A DNA stretch of 64,000 nt from Escherichia phage 241. The stretch lies in the sequence record OR924452; one strand, given 5' to 3'. Under the pieces are notes generated by a model that worked only from the letters and a program-made list of their open reading frames with translations, had not been told where the DNA came from and ran no database searches. The translations under genes were made by a program, and so were the position numbers. Shown here one piece after another: positions 1-10,155 of this stretch (position 1 is its first letter; every line of letters begins with the position of its first letter).

Positions 1-1
1 A

Positions 2-385
2 TCCAGTACTCAACTTTCTTTCAAAGGCACATATTTTGAAACGGGTGACACGTCATTCAATGGTACAGTATTCAGCCTTGTTGGTTGGTGTACTCTTAAC
101 TTTGAAGAATGTCTTGTTTATTTGAACAACACCACAAACTTCGTGTCTTCTGGTGGTTCTGGGCAATCTGCTGGCGTCTTGGGTCTAACGATTAAATCTC
201 AAGGTAACGTGTGGCGTAAAACTGACGCGGGGACAACCACAGTGTTTGCAGTTGACCCAGTCACTAATAAACAAGCCTTAGTTGGATCCGAAATATTGAA
301 TGCTGCGAGTGGGGCAACTATCGCATATTGGGCTGGTGCCGTCCCACCTGGCACATACACGGCTCCAATCAGTGTTGCATTTTAA
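2..385 (+). CDS. tail fibre / tailspike protein, C-terminal fragment (5' end lies outside window)
   Basis: Reading frame open from window start to TAA at 383-385; Gly/Ser/Thr-rich C-terminus; followed by hairpin terminator. Confidence 0.5.
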   Translation, partial: SSTQLSFKGTYFETGDTSFNGTVFSLVGWCTLNFEECLVYLNNTTNFVSSGGSGQSAGVLGLTIKSQGNVWRKTDAGTTTVFAVDPVTNKQALVGSEILNAASGATIAYWAGAVPPGTYTAPISVAF

Positions 386-388
386 TTT

Positions 389-412
389 CCCCCTCCTTCG
401 GGAGGGTTTATT
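389..412 (+). terminator. rho-independent terminator
   Basis: CCCTCC-TTCG-GGAGGG hairpin followed by TTTATT. Confidence 0.6.
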
Positions 413-432
413 AGAAAAACAGGAGATTCATC

Positions 433-2913
433 ATGAATCCGCAATTTGCTCAACCGAAAGGTTCTACTTCAAAAGAAACGAACAAAGATAGCATCGCCCG
501 TAAATTTGGGTGCAAAAAGTCGGAAGTCGTTTATGCCAAAGCGGGACAGTCTTTGTCTGGTTATAAAGTGATCTACGATAAGGTGTCTCAACGTGCCTAC
601 GCTCTCCCTTCTAACATTGGTGCTGTAACGGTCACCAGTTTAGTTGACGGCATCCTCACGCACTCTGGAGGCACTGTAGATTTGGGTGCGCTGGCGGTGT
701 TGCGTGAGGAATACGTCATTCTGATAGAAAATTTCACTTCCGGATTTACGATTCGTGTCAAGAACGAAGTCGTGAGCGATGGAGTGAATTTATACCGCTG
801 GGGTGGTGGTTTACCAAAGACTGTCAATGCTGGTGAAGATCTAGACTCCACTGGAGGGATTAGCGTGGGGGCGTGGATTAGCGCGGGCGTTGCTTCATTG
901 AGGAACGATCTTGCTGCTAATGATGGGTTTAAATTTATTGGGCAATGTCCAGATATAGCAACATTAAGGACAATTGAACCTGGCGTCAATGGTCAAAGAA
1001 TTATATTACGGCAACATACGGCTGGAACTGGTCTTGGCGGCGGTTCATTTAGGGCTGTAGTTGATGGCACCGGATATGAAGACGATAACGGAGTGGTTAT
1101 TAAAACAACTGGCGGTGCCGCCTGGCTACGCCTCAACGCAGATAGAGTTAATCCGTTTATGTTTGGGGCAACAGGTGGTGTGGACGACACTGTGGCTGTT
1201 CAGGCCAGCGTAGATAGTGGTCGAGCCACCGAACTAACTGCGCCATTCAACGTCACTTCCATTAAGCTGAAGAAAAAATCTGCAAGTATCTACGGGTCAG
1301 GTATGCACATCTCAAGGCTAGTGCAAAAACCAGGGGTGGCTGGTGACTGTGTGGTTATTGAAGATACCTGCTCGCTTATTAAATTGGATAATTTCGGTAT
1401 TTACGGAACTGGTGCACAGCAAGATACTGCATTCACTGCGGGAACGCGTGGATTAGTTGTTCCAACCCCCACCGGACTTTCTACAAACTACCCATTTAAC
1501 ACATCAGCAGACCCACGAAGGGATTTGTGTATCAACAACGTGCATATTGCTGGGTTTGATGAGTATGGACTTAAAATCGAAAATGGAAACTTTTCAGTAT
1601 CAACGACAAACCTTCTTATTAACCACATTAATCAAGTTGGTGCGTATTGCGCAACAACAGACTGGACTTGGACAAATATCCAGATAAATACCTGTGGTAA
1701 GGAGTGTCTTGTCTTAGATGGCGCTGGCAACGCCCGTATTATTGGTGCTAAACTTATTTGGGCTAACTGGCAACCATATGCTGCTTCAGGTAGTTACCCT
1801 GGATTGAAGATAAACAATTGTCAAAACATTACTATGAGTGCTACAGAGGTTCAGGACTGCGGTTCTGATGGCATAATCTTTAAAGACAGTTATTCTATTT
1901 CAATTTCAGGACTAAACACGAACAGAAACAGCATAAACAGCAACTACTCATATAACAACTGCGTATTTGATAGTTGCGACGTTACAATTGATGGGTTCGT
2001 TGGTCTTAACTATTCTTCAAACTCAGGTTCGGGGATACCTTCCAGTGCCGCTAATTTTAGATTCCTGTCTTCAGATTGTACCGTAGTCGTAAACGGAAAT
2101 GTAGAGTCAGAGTATCTCGGTATCTTGTTCCGTGGTGATAACAATATTATTCAGCCAACGAATTCAGACCTTAAAATAAATGGATTGATTAATTACGATA
2201 AAACAAGCATTACATTTCAAAATGTAATGCCTTCATTCGATGGTGTTAGTACCACTCCTGTATTCGTTCCCGCCCCATCAATTATAGGCCAGGCAAACGG
2301 ACTTCGTTTGTCACAAGGAAATAAAGACAAAATCAGGTATACAACATCCAGAGTTCCAGCTGGTGGCGTGTCACTATCTGCAATTCTAATACCAACAATA
2401 ACTGGCGCTGAAACGTTTAATATTATTGTTCTGGGTACTGGATTTGGCTCTACCAACAATAGCCTCTACTTTCAGTTAAATGTCGACTCATCAGGAAATC
2501 AAAGCGTTGCATTACTTATCAGTGGCGATGGTCAAACACAAGTTCTTTCTGGGGTGATTCCGGATGAATTTAAGATACAAAGTGGAGTTCCGTACCATTT
2601 TGCATTGGGTGCTGCTCCTGGGAGATTCTGGTGGAGTATATTAAATATTCAAACAGGTTCACGTATAAGAAGGGCATTTAGACGTGATTACTTAAGCGCT
2701 CCATTTAACAGCTTATTTGGTAATGATGTTTCTATAAATTTCTTCTCAGGTGAAGGTTCATCAGATGAAGCATGCTCTGGGATTGGGGCAAAAGTTTATG
2801 CTGGAGCATTCAGTTCTGAATCTGATTATTGCGCAAGCAGATACTACAGTTTGTACAATCCTATAGACCCATCTAAAATGTTTAGCTATAGAACACTTGA
2901 TGGCTCCATATAA
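433..2913 (+). CDS. tailspike protein with pectate-lyase-like right-handed beta-helix (probable polysaccharide depolymerase)
   Basis: 826 aa; motif VNPFMFGATGGVDDTVAVQASVD typical of pectate-lyase-fold tailspikes; repetitive N/S/T/G-rich beta-helix-like segments; AGGAGA RBS before ATG. Confidence 0.7.
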   Translation: MNPQFAQPKGSTSKETNKDSIARKFGCKKSEVVYAKAGQSLSGYKVIYDKVSQRAYALPSNIGAVTVTSLVDGILTHSGGTVDLGALAVLREEYVILIENFTSGFTIRVKNEVVSDGVNLYRWGGGLPKTVNAGEDLDSTGGISVGAWISAGVASLRNDLAANDGFKFIGQCPDIATLRTIEPGVNGQRIILRQHTAGTGLGGGSFRAVVDGTGYEDDNGVVIKTTGGAAWLRLNADRVNPFMFGATGGVDDTVAVQASVDSGRATELTAPFNVTSIKLKKKSASIYGSGMHISRLVQKPGVAGDCVVIEDTCSLIKLDNFGIYGTGAQQDTAFTAGTRGLVVPTPTGLSTNYPFNTSADPRRDLCINNVHIAGFDEYGLKIENGNFSVSTTNLLINHINQVGAYCATTDWTWTNIQINTCGKECLVLDGAGNARIIGAKLIWANWQPYAASGSYPGLKINNCQNITMSATEVQDCGSDGIIFKDSYSISISGLNTNRNSINSNYSYNNCVFDSCDVTIDGFVGLNYSSNSGSGIPSSAANFRFLSSDCTVVVNGNVESEYLGILFRGDNNIIQPTNSDLKINGLINYDKTSITFQNVMPSFDGVSTTPVFVPAPSIIGQANGLRLSQGNKDKIRYTTSRVPAGGVSLSAILIPTITGAETFNIIVLGTGFGSTNNSLYFQLNVDSSGNQSVALLISGDGQTQVLSGVIPDEFKIQSGVPYHFALGAAPGRFWWSILNIQTGSRIRRAFRRDYLSAPFNSLFGNDVSINFFSGEGSSDEACSGIGAKVYAGAFSSESDYCASRYYSLYNPIDPSKMFSYRTLDGSI

Positions 2914-2917
2914 CAAA

Positions 2918-2944
2918 AACCCCGCTTCAGCGGGGTTTTTATTT
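2918..2944 (+). terminator. rho-independent terminator
   Basis: CCCCGC-TTCA-GCGGGG hairpin followed by TTTTTATTT directly after the tailspike stop. Confidence 0.7.
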
Positions 2945-2966
2945 CTATCTGTCTGTTGGCTGTATA

Positions 2967-2974
2967 CTAAATAT
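2967..2974 (+). promoter_or_regulatory. late-promoter-like motif CTAAATAT
   Basis: CTAAATAT about 30 nt upstream of ATG 3006; TATAAAT also present at 2978-2984. Confidence 0.4.
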
Positions 2975-3005
2975 CTCTATAAATGGCACTCGATGGAGCA
3001 TCAAA

Positions 3006-6000
3006 ATGCAATCTACAAATCTAAACCGTCGCCCGTATTGGGACGACTGGAATCCTGGAAAACGGTTTTCACGGATTCTTTTTCGCCCGATGCCTATTAA
3101 AGTTCAGACTCGTGAACTAAACCAGATGCAGACTATTCTGCAAGATCAGATTGAAAAGCTGGGAAACCATTTGTTCAAAGATGGATCTATGGTTATCCCT
3201 GGTGGTCTGACGATTACCAACGCCGCTGTATCTATGAAATTCACTCTGGCTGGCGGTACTGAGTTTACTGATCTGGAAGGGATTACTGAACTTTATGTTC
3301 TGGGAAAAGACAATAATGCCAAAGCGCGTGTGCTATCTCTTGAACGTGATCTGTCTGCTCCGGATACGATGTTGGCCATCCTTGAAATGACAGAAGTGGG
3401 TAATGCAGATGGCTTCCACGTCAACGACAATCTGTATTTCCAAACCTATGACGTCAATGACAACTTCATTCGTATTGGTTATGGTATCGCAGCTGCGGTG
3501 ACTGGTTCTATCGTCGCTCGTATGACGAAGGGCGTTTACTTCATTCGTGGGATGTTCCTTGATGTTGATGACGCGACTCTCATCGTCGATAAAACTTCAA
3601 ACACTTCTTCCCATCGCGTCGGGTTTAAAGTCACTGAAACCATCGTGACTGAATCTGAAGACGAATCCCTTTATTCAAACGCTCAGGGAACGATTAACTC
3701 CAAAGCCCCAGGCGCTCATCGTCTTCGAATAGATCTGGTCTTATCTCGATTTGATTATGATGCTGTGGTTGAAGACTTTGTTGAACTGGCCAAAGTTCGT
3801 GATGGTAAAATCCAGTCTATGGTGACTCAGTCCACCTATAATATTCTGGAAGACACGTTGGCTCAACGGACGTATGAAACCAACGGCGATTACAACGTTT
3901 CAACGCATCAGATCGACATCCGCGAACACCTGAAAGTCAATAACAATGGTGGTGTATTCAATGCTGCTGATGGCGGCGACGAAAGTAAATTCGTGTCTGT
4001 AATGAAACCAGGTATTTCCTATGTTCGCGGTCGTCGTATCGAAAACGTCGGGGAAGAGTTGGTGATCGTTGACAAGGCACGGGATACCGATGTCCTGAAT
4101 AACACGCCTGTCGCAGTTGCTACAGGGAATTATCTGGTCACCAAGAACTCCAAAGGTGTTCCAGTAATATCTCGCACTGTGCGATACAAGTTATTGAACG
4201 CATCTGGCGCTGCTCAAGCCACGGCGTTGTGTATATCCGCTGAACGCAATTCAACTGAATTCCGTCTGTACATGCGTGATTTGGTTGTGACTGGGGACGC
4301 GTCCACTATCACCAAAGTGTCTTATGAAGAAAGTGGTATCACCATGTTCTCTGCTGAACTGGAATCCAACCAGTTTAACCAGAGTTCTATGGTAGACTTG
4401 ATCTTCTCTCTTCCGGTCTTCGGTGTTAAAACATTAGCGCCAACAGGTTCCGTGGATATCAACTACACAGTCCTCAGAACTTATAAGGTGACGCTAGACA
4501 GCAGCGGTTCTGGTTCTATTTCAGCTCCGCTGGGATATAGTTTCTCTCCTGAATTTTCGTTGTATTCTTCTGCGAAATCCGATGGTTCAGAAGCGCAATT
4601 TGATATCTCTGGCTCTTTGTCACTGACTGGTTCTCCGGTGGGTTCGGCTTTGCAGATTTCCCTGGGTAGCGGTAATGCTAACCAGTCAATCAATTTGCTG
4701 GCACTGATGATCCGCACTACGGCCACGATCAAAACGAAGACGATAACTGAAACCACAGAGTCTGTGACTTTTACTTCCCAAACCAGTAGACCTCTGGCAA
4801 ATCACGACGGCTGGAAATTGGTATCTGTCAAAAATGATACTGGCGCGGACGTGACTTCGAGCTTCACCCTCGACGGTGGCCAACGCGATGCGGGATATTA
4901 CAAGGCTAATCTGTTATCCACCGCTGGAGCCATTTCAGGGACGTATACGGTGGTGTATCAATACTTCGCGCATAGTTCGGGGGATTTCTTCTCAGCGGAT
5001 TCGTATACTTCAATGGATTACAAAGATATCCCGAATTATACATCCTCCACATCAGGGGCGGTGTATGGTTTGGCCGATAGCCTTGATTTCCGTCCGAAAA
5101 TTACCAACGGGACATCCGACACTGATATGGTTCGCCCGAATACGGCTGTCATCCTGGACACAGAGTATTATTTGCCTCGTATCGACGCGATTTATCTGGC
5201 AGATAATGGCGTGTTTGGTGTAGCCCGTGGCATCAGTTCCAACAACCTGGCGTCCCCAGCAATACCTGCAAACTCCATGCGTTTGTATGAACTGTTGATT
5301 CCCCCATACACGCCGAATATCGATGATATACAAATTCGCACCATCGATAACCGTCGTTATACGATGCGTGATATCGGTAAACTGGAAACGCGTATTTCCA
5401 ACGTTGAATACTACACCTCTCTGTCGCAGCTGGAATCTTCGGCGATGACACAACAGGTATTTGATCCAATCACGGGTAATCCGCGATTCAAAAACGGTAT
5501 CGCCGCCGATCCATTCAAAGACTTCCGTCTTATTGATGATCTGTCTGAAGATTGGATGGGATCTATCGATACGGAAAATGGACGTTTGCGTCCGTTTGTT
5601 CAACAGAACGCCGTTGACATGACTCCAGTAGGCTGGAACAAAGTGATGGATGGTATGGTGGTTTGTAACTACACGCCTGAAATCTCCGTGAACCAAGAAT
5701 ACGCGACGACGACGATCAACGTTAACCCGTATGCTGTATTCAACTGGGAAGGTTTCTTGAAGATTAACCCGACCACGGATTACTGGTTTGAAAACTACTA
5801 TGTCGCCCCGCGTGTTATCAATGAAACGATCAACACTCGTGGTACTGTACAAGAAGGTTCGGTGTACGGGACGTGGCGTACTGTTTCTGTTTCTGATCGT
5901 GTTTGGGAGCCGCATGGCGCTGGTGGTGTGTGGTGGGGATACCGCTATCGCACGACTGTTTCTGCCCGTGATGTCACCACATACACATACACGGACAAAA

Positions 6001-7844
6001 CAACCACGACCATGACTGGCGAACAGATTGTGGAAACGCAGGTTATCCCATACATGCGCGAAATTGATATTTCTTTCGACGCTTCTGGGTTGCGACCTTT
6101 CACTCGCATGTATGCATTCTTCTCAGGTCGTGATGTGAATCTGTATTGCAAGCCGAATGGTGGTAATTTTGGTGACCCAATCACCACTGATGCCAATGGC
6201 GCAGTCAAAGGCGTGTTCCGCGTTCCTCAGAACGATACGATCAAGTTCAACACAGGTGACAACGTGTTCCGCTTGACGGATAGCCCCGTTGACAGTAAAT
6301 CTGCGGATGATACGCTGACTAATGCTGAAATTGTTCACAAATCTTTCGGTAAGAAACAAGGGATTCAAAAGACCTTTGTCAATACTCGAGTTCTGGGTTA
6401 TACCGCAAGCACCAGCACCGAAACCAGCACTTCTGAAGTTGTGGTCGACCAATGGCGTGATCCAATTGCCCAATCGTTTATGGTGGCAACTAAGATCGGT
6501 GGTGAATATATCGAAGGCGTGGAAGTATTCTTCTCCACCAAGTCACGTGATGTTCCGATCACCCTGGAAATTCGCGAGATGGAGAATGGCTTACCATCCC
6601 ATACCGTCATAACTCGTAAAACTTTGAACCCATCTGAGGTGACGATCTCTACAGACTCGTCTGGCGGTACGAAGTTCACCTTCGATTATCCGGTATACTT
6701 GCAAGCATCGACTGAGTTTGCTATTGTTCTGTTGGCGAATACTCAGGATTACAACGCGTATATCGCGGAAATGGGCAAGAAAAACCTTCTGTCCAACGAA
6801 TATATCGCCAAACAACCGTATACAGGGGTGTTCTTCACTTCTTCAAACGGTTCTACATGGTCTCCCAACCAGATGGCAGATATGAAGTTCCGTGTTTATC
6901 GTTGTAACTTTGCTGCTGGTCAGAACGTTGTAACATTTGATCCGAAACTTGGACCGAAACAACGTCCGCTGGGGTTGAACACTCTCAACTGTGTGAGCGG
7001 GTCTTCTGTCGTGACCGTGTTTGCACCTGGTCATGGTTTGGTTGCTGGGAACAATGTCACTCTGTCTGAATTGACAGGCGGTTGTGGCTTTACTCCTGAA
7101 CAACTTAACAAAACGTTTACTGTGACAGATGCGAGCTATACTTCATTCAAGATTGACGTCGGTTCAGCAGCAGACAGCAACGGGCAAATCGGCGGGGATA
7201 ATGCTTCGTTCTTGGGCAATTATCTGGTTGATATGTTCTATGCGAGTGTTACAAATTCAGCTCTGGAAGGTTCGATTCTGAAATTGGAATACCGTTATCG
7301 CGATGCCACTTCAAATTCTATGTCTGATTGGGCTGAGTTTGAAACTGACACTGACGTGGCGTTGCCGACTGAAGGGATCTATCGTCAGGTTGGGGATTTC
7401 CAGATCCGAGCCACCATGACGCGCAGTGAAAACAACGTGTACACCGCTCCAATGATTGATGGCGATGACCTGAGCGTAATCTTCAACTCATACGGCGTGG
7501 ATCCATTTGAAGATGTCTTCAAATATGTGACAAAAGACATCGGATTTGATAACCCATGTTCGACTGTGAAGTTGTTCTTTGGTGCAATGCTCCCATCTCA
7601 GTCTTCTATGAAGGTGCAGGTGAAACTTCTTAGAGCAGGTCAGGAGATGGATAGTGTGGCTTGGGAAGATGTTACTCCAACGTCGCCTCTGGTCAACGAC
7701 GGTTCTACATTCTTTGAATATGAATACGACAAGACTGTGGCGAGCAATAACCCGTTTGTTGGCCTGAAAGTCCGAGCGCTTGTACGGGGGAACCGCGTTG
7801 CTCCTCCATCATTCAAAGACTTCCGTCTTATTGCTCTGGCATAA
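3006..7844 (+). CDS. large virion structural protein (1612 aa), probable tail fibre / baseplate-associated adhesin
   Basis: Long uninterrupted ORF with late-promoter-like motif upstream; position between tailspike gene and neck gene 13; no specific family recognised. Confidence 0.55.
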   Translation: MQSTNLNRRPYWDDWNPGKRFSRILFRPMPIKVQTRELNQMQTILQDQIEKLGNHLFKDGSMVIPGGLTITNAAVSMKFTLAGGTEFTDLEGITELYVLGKDNNAKARVLSLERDLSAPDTMLAILEMTEVGNADGFHVNDNLYFQTYDVNDNFIRIGYGIAAAVTGSIVARMTKGVYFIRGMFLDVDDATLIVDKTSNTSSHRVGFKVTETIVTESEDESLYSNAQGTINSKAPGAHRLRIDLVLSRFDYDAVVEDFVELAKVRDGKIQSMVTQSTYNILEDTLAQRTYETNGDYNVSTHQIDIREHLKVNNNGGVFNAADGGDESKFVSVMKPGISYVRGRRIENVGEELVIVDKARDTDVLNNTPVAVATGNYLVTKNSKGVPVISRTVRYKLLNASGAAQATALCISAERNSTEFRLYMRDLVVTGDASTITKVSYEESGITMFSAELESNQFNQSSMVDLIFSLPVFGVKTLAPTGSVDINYTVLRTYKVTLDSSGSGSISAPLGYSFSPEFSLYSSAKSDGSEAQFDISGSLSLTGSPVGSALQISLGSGNANQSINLLALMIRTTATIKTKTITETTESVTFTSQTSRPLANHDGWKLVSVKNDTGADVTSSFTLDGGQRDAGYYKANLLSTAGAISGTYTVVYQYFAHSSGDFFSADSYTSMDYKDIPNYTSSTSGAVYGLADSLDFRPKITNGTSDTDMVRPNTAVILDTEYYLPRIDAIYLADNGVFGVARGISSNNLASPAIPANSMRLYELLIPPYTPNIDDIQIRTIDNRRYTMRDIGKLETRISNVEYYTSLSQLESSAMTQQVFDPITGNPRFKNGIAADPFKDFRLIDDLSEDWMGSIDTENGRLRPFVQQNAVDMTPVGWNKVMDGMVVCNYTPEISVNQEYATTTINVNPYAVFNWEGFLKINPTTDYWFENYYVAPRVINETINTRGTVQEGSVYGTWRTVSVSDRVWEPHGAGGVWWGYRYRTTVSARDVTTYTYTDKTTTTMTGEQIVETQVIPYMREIDISFDASGLRPFTRMYAFFSGRDVNLYCKPNGGNFGDPITTDANGAVKGVFRVPQNDTIKFNTGDNVFRLTDSPVDSKSADDTLTNAEIVHKSFGKKQGIQKTFVNTRVLGYTASTSTETSTSEVVVDQWRDPIAQSFMVATKIGGEYIEGVEVFFSTKSRDVPITLEIREMENGLPSHTVITRKTLNPSEVTISTDSSGGTKFTFDYPVYLQASTEFAIVLLANTQDYNAYIAEMGKKNLLSNEYIAKQPYTGVFFTSSNGSTWSPNQMADMKFRVYRCNFAAGQNVVTFDPKLGPKQRPLGLNTLNCVSGSSVVTVFAPGHGLVAGNNVTLSELTGGCGFTPEQLNKTFTVTDASYTSFKIDVGSAADSNGQIGGDNASFLGNYLVDMFYASVTNSALEGSILKLEYRYRDATSNSMSDWAEFETDTDVALPTEGIYRQVGDFQIRATMTRSENNVYTAPMIDGDDLSVIFNSYGVDPFEDVFKYVTKDIGFDNPCSTVKLFFGAMLPSQSSMKVQVKLLRAGQEMDSVAWEDVTPTSPLVNDGSTFFEYEYDKTVASNNPFVGLKVRALVRGNRVAPPSFKDFRLIALA

Positions 7845-7896
7845 ATAATGTTGAAAGGTGGGCGTAAAGCCCACCAAACCAATAGAGGATAAAGAT

Positions 7897-8145
7897 ATGC
7901 GTGGAATGAAAGTACAGGGGCACGCATCCATGTTGAGAAGCAGTTCTTGTCCAGGCGCGATCATTTGTACTGATCATGCTGCAGGTATGGCTGCATTGCA
8001 AGCCCGTCAACGCAACGAAACCCGTGAAGCCACCATTGTTGAACAATCAAACCAGATATCGAATCTGGAGGCGACGATCAAAATGATGGCTGAAAAGTTG
8101 GGGATAGAAATCCCCGAAGGAGGTCAGAATGGCGACGCAAGCTGA
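7897..8145 (+). CDS. hypothetical protein (predicted coiled-coil)
   Basis: ATG at 7897 preceded by GAGGA; ORF track start at 7858 is GTG inside a hairpin. Confidence 0.4.
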   Translation: MRGMKVQGHASMLRSSSCPGAIICTDHAAGMAALQARQRNETREATIVEQSNQISNLEATIKMMAEKLGIEIPEGGQNGDAS

Positions 8146-8470
8146 AAGATCTGGGCTTGATATCCGTGGTATCTTGACTGCTGTCGTGGCTTCTGCATTG
8201 GTCTCGGCGGCGTCGTTCCTTTGGTTTATGGGTGGGATGGAAACACGCGTGAATGTATTGGAGCGAGATTCTAATAAAATGGATCAGGTCCTTCAAAAGG
8301 TGAATGACATGAGTGAGCGCATGGCGATCATGAATACAGACCTCGCATATGTCAAACAAAATATGGCTGAGTTAAAACTCAATAGCAGCAGCCTATCAGA
8401 CGATGTCCGCACATTGCGGATTACTGTATCTGATTTGCAGCAACGAGGGAATAACAATGGCCGTCAATAA
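8129..8470 (+). CDS. hypothetical membrane protein (single N-terminal TM helix plus coiled-coil)
   Basis: Hydrophobic stretch ILTAVVASALVSAASFLWF near N-terminus; overlaps neighbours by short ATGA-type junctions. Confidence 0.45.
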   Translation: MATQAERSGLDIRGILTAVVASALVSAASFLWFMGGMETRVNVLERDSNKMDQVLQKVNDMSERMAIMNTDLAYVKQNMAELKLNSSSLSDDVRTLRITVSDLQQRGNNNGRQ

Positions 8471-9209
8471 AATTCGCGACAAGAAATCTTTTATGAACTA
8501 TGTCTTGCGTAAATTGGGCGCTCCGGTCATCCAAATTAACCTTGACAGTTCACAAGTAGAAGATGCTGTTGATGATGCTCTACAGAAGTTTTGGGAATAT
8601 CATCGCGACGGTAGCCAAGATGCGTTCTTCCTGTACCAAGTTAAGCAAGAAGATATCGACAAGGGTTATATTGAATTCCCAGAAGATATTGACGATGTGA
8701 TTGAAGTTATCCCTGGACCTCCTATTGAGTCAATTGGAAACTGGGCAACTCCTCAATGGCAAATGGCCCAAGCCATGCTTGTACCAAAAGCGGCGCTTGT
8801 GTCTATTCGTCTCATTGATTACGTTTCCATGCAACAGCGCCTGTCTGATATCACAAGCGTCTTGAATGTTCGTCGTAATTTTGTGTACAAGAAGTTCCAG
8901 CGACGCCTTTACCCGCAATTTGCTGCCACCATTGATGAAACTCTGGCTTTCCGTTGTTATCAGAATATCGACCCCGAATCGGAAGAAAACGCTGAAGCAT
9001 GGAATGACATGTGGTTGAAAGCGTATGCGACTGCATTGGTTAAGCGCCGTTGGGCTGAGGTGCTTAAGAAGGCAAGAGGCATCCGTCTCCCAGGTGGTAT
9101 CGAACTGGATGGTGATAGTATGTTCAGTGAGGCCGAGACCGAGATAGAGCGGTTGGAGGAAGAATTGCGTACTGGTCAGCAATACCCTATCGATTTTATG
9201 ATGGGATAA
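8457..9209 (+). CDS. neck protein, T4 gp13-like
   Basis: N-terminal LRKLGAPVIQINLDSSQVEDAVDDAL resembles T4 gp13 LRRLGAPIINVELTPDQI; first gene of conserved 13-23 block. Confidence 0.75.
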   Translation: MAVNKIRDKKSFMNYVLRKLGAPVIQINLDSSQVEDAVDDALQKFWEYHRDGSQDAFFLYQVKQEDIDKGYIEFPEDIDDVIEVIPGPPIESIGNWATPQWQMAQAMLVPKAALVSIRLIDYVSMQQRLSDITSVLNVRRNFVYKKFQRRLYPQFAATIDETLAFRCYQNIDPESEENAEAWNDMWLKAYATALVKRRWAEVLKKARGIRLPGGIELDGDSMFSEAETEIERLEEELRTGQQYPIDFMMG

Positions 9210-9210
9210 G

Positions 9211-9240
9211 AGAAGGCGGGTTATCCCGCCTTTCTTTTTA
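9211..9240. terminator. bidirectional rho-independent terminator
   Basis: AAGGCGGG-TTAT-CCCGCCTT hairpin flanked by A-run and T-run, between convergent genes. Confidence 0.65.
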
Positions 9241-9450
9241 TAACTTGATGTCGCGGTCGGAAGGATTTGAATTTGCTAGAATATAACCATCAACCAAGTT
9301 CTTTTCATCCCACCATTCAATAAAATCATTTCCCTTTTCGTCTTTGATAAGACCCACAATGTTATATGAACCATCGGCGATTTTAGCGTCTACACAGATA
9401 ATTCTCACACGCCTTCCGTCACGAGTTTCTTTAATATCTTCAACCTTCAT
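9238..9450 (-). CDS. hypothetical protein (70 aa)
   Basis: Minus-strand ORF between genes 13 and 14, ends at the bidirectional terminator. Confidence 0.45.
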   Translation of the reverse strand: MKVEDIKETRDGRRVRIICVDAKIADGSYNIVGLIKDEKGNDFIEWWDEKNLVDGYILANSNPSDRDIKL

Positions 9451-9481
9451 TTATCAATTCCTCAAAAGAATTAATGATTGA

Positions 9482-9489
9482 CTAAATAC
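9482..9489 (+). promoter_or_regulatory. late-promoter-like motif CTAAATAC
   Basis: About 22 nt upstream of ATG 9512; followed by CTTCAAAATTGAG, also seen before the sheath gene. Confidence 0.5.
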
Positions 9490-9511
9490 CTTCAAAATTG
9501 AGGGTAAAGTC

Positions 9512-10153
9512 ATGGCTACTTCGAAATATTTCAATTATACAGCACACCAAGGTACTCAGAAATTAATTGACGACTTGGTGGTCGAGATGATACAACTACG
9601 TGGGATTGACGTCAAGTATATTCCACGTTCCATCGTTGAAAAATACCCAATTTTAAACGAGGCTGAACATAAATTCGACCAGGCGTTCGATATCGAAGTA
9701 TACATGCAAGATTACCAAGGCTTTAACACCCAAATGTGGGAGAAGTTTGGCGGTATTCAATTACAAGATGAAGTGACGTTCACCATTGCTCGTCGCCGTT
9801 TTTCAGAAGTGATTGGTAATGGGCCAGGACTTGAGCAGATGCCTCAAGAAGGTGATTTGATATACCTCCCAATGGCGAACAAGATATTCAAAGTGAATAA
9901 CCCGAATAACGACGAAGAATTTATGCAATTCGGTAAATGGTACACATATTCCTTACCGTGCACGTTGTTCCAATATGGTAATGAAGATTTTGATACTGGT
10001 GTATCTGAAATTGACGACATCGATAAACGTTTACAAGATCTAGACGGCGATGGTGTCTACAAAGATGCCAGTCTACAGACAGATAACCAATTTGCGGACG
10101 AAATAGAGAAAGATCTTTCGCCCAATAAAATGAAGATAGACTTCGGGGAATAA
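9512..10153 (+). CDS. neck protein, T4 gp14-like
   Basis: Position and size in conserved 13-14-15 order. Confidence 0.55.
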   Translation: MATSKYFNYTAHQGTQKLIDDLVVEMIQLRGIDVKYIPRSIVEKYPILNEAEHKFDQAFDIEVYMQDYQGFNTQMWEKFGGIQLQDEVTFTIARRRFSEVIGNGPGLEQMPQEGDLIYLPMANKIFKVNNPNNDEEFMQFGKWYTYSLPCTLFQYGNEDFDTGVSEIDDIDKRLQDLDGDGVYKDASLQTDNQFADEIEKDLSPNKMKIDFGE

Positions 10154-10155
10154 TC

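Noticed and set aside
5052-5915. 287-aa minus-strand ORF inside the 1612-aa structural gene
   Set aside because: Lies entirely within a long, well-supported + strand gene; Arg/His-rich composition typical of antisense shadow ORFs
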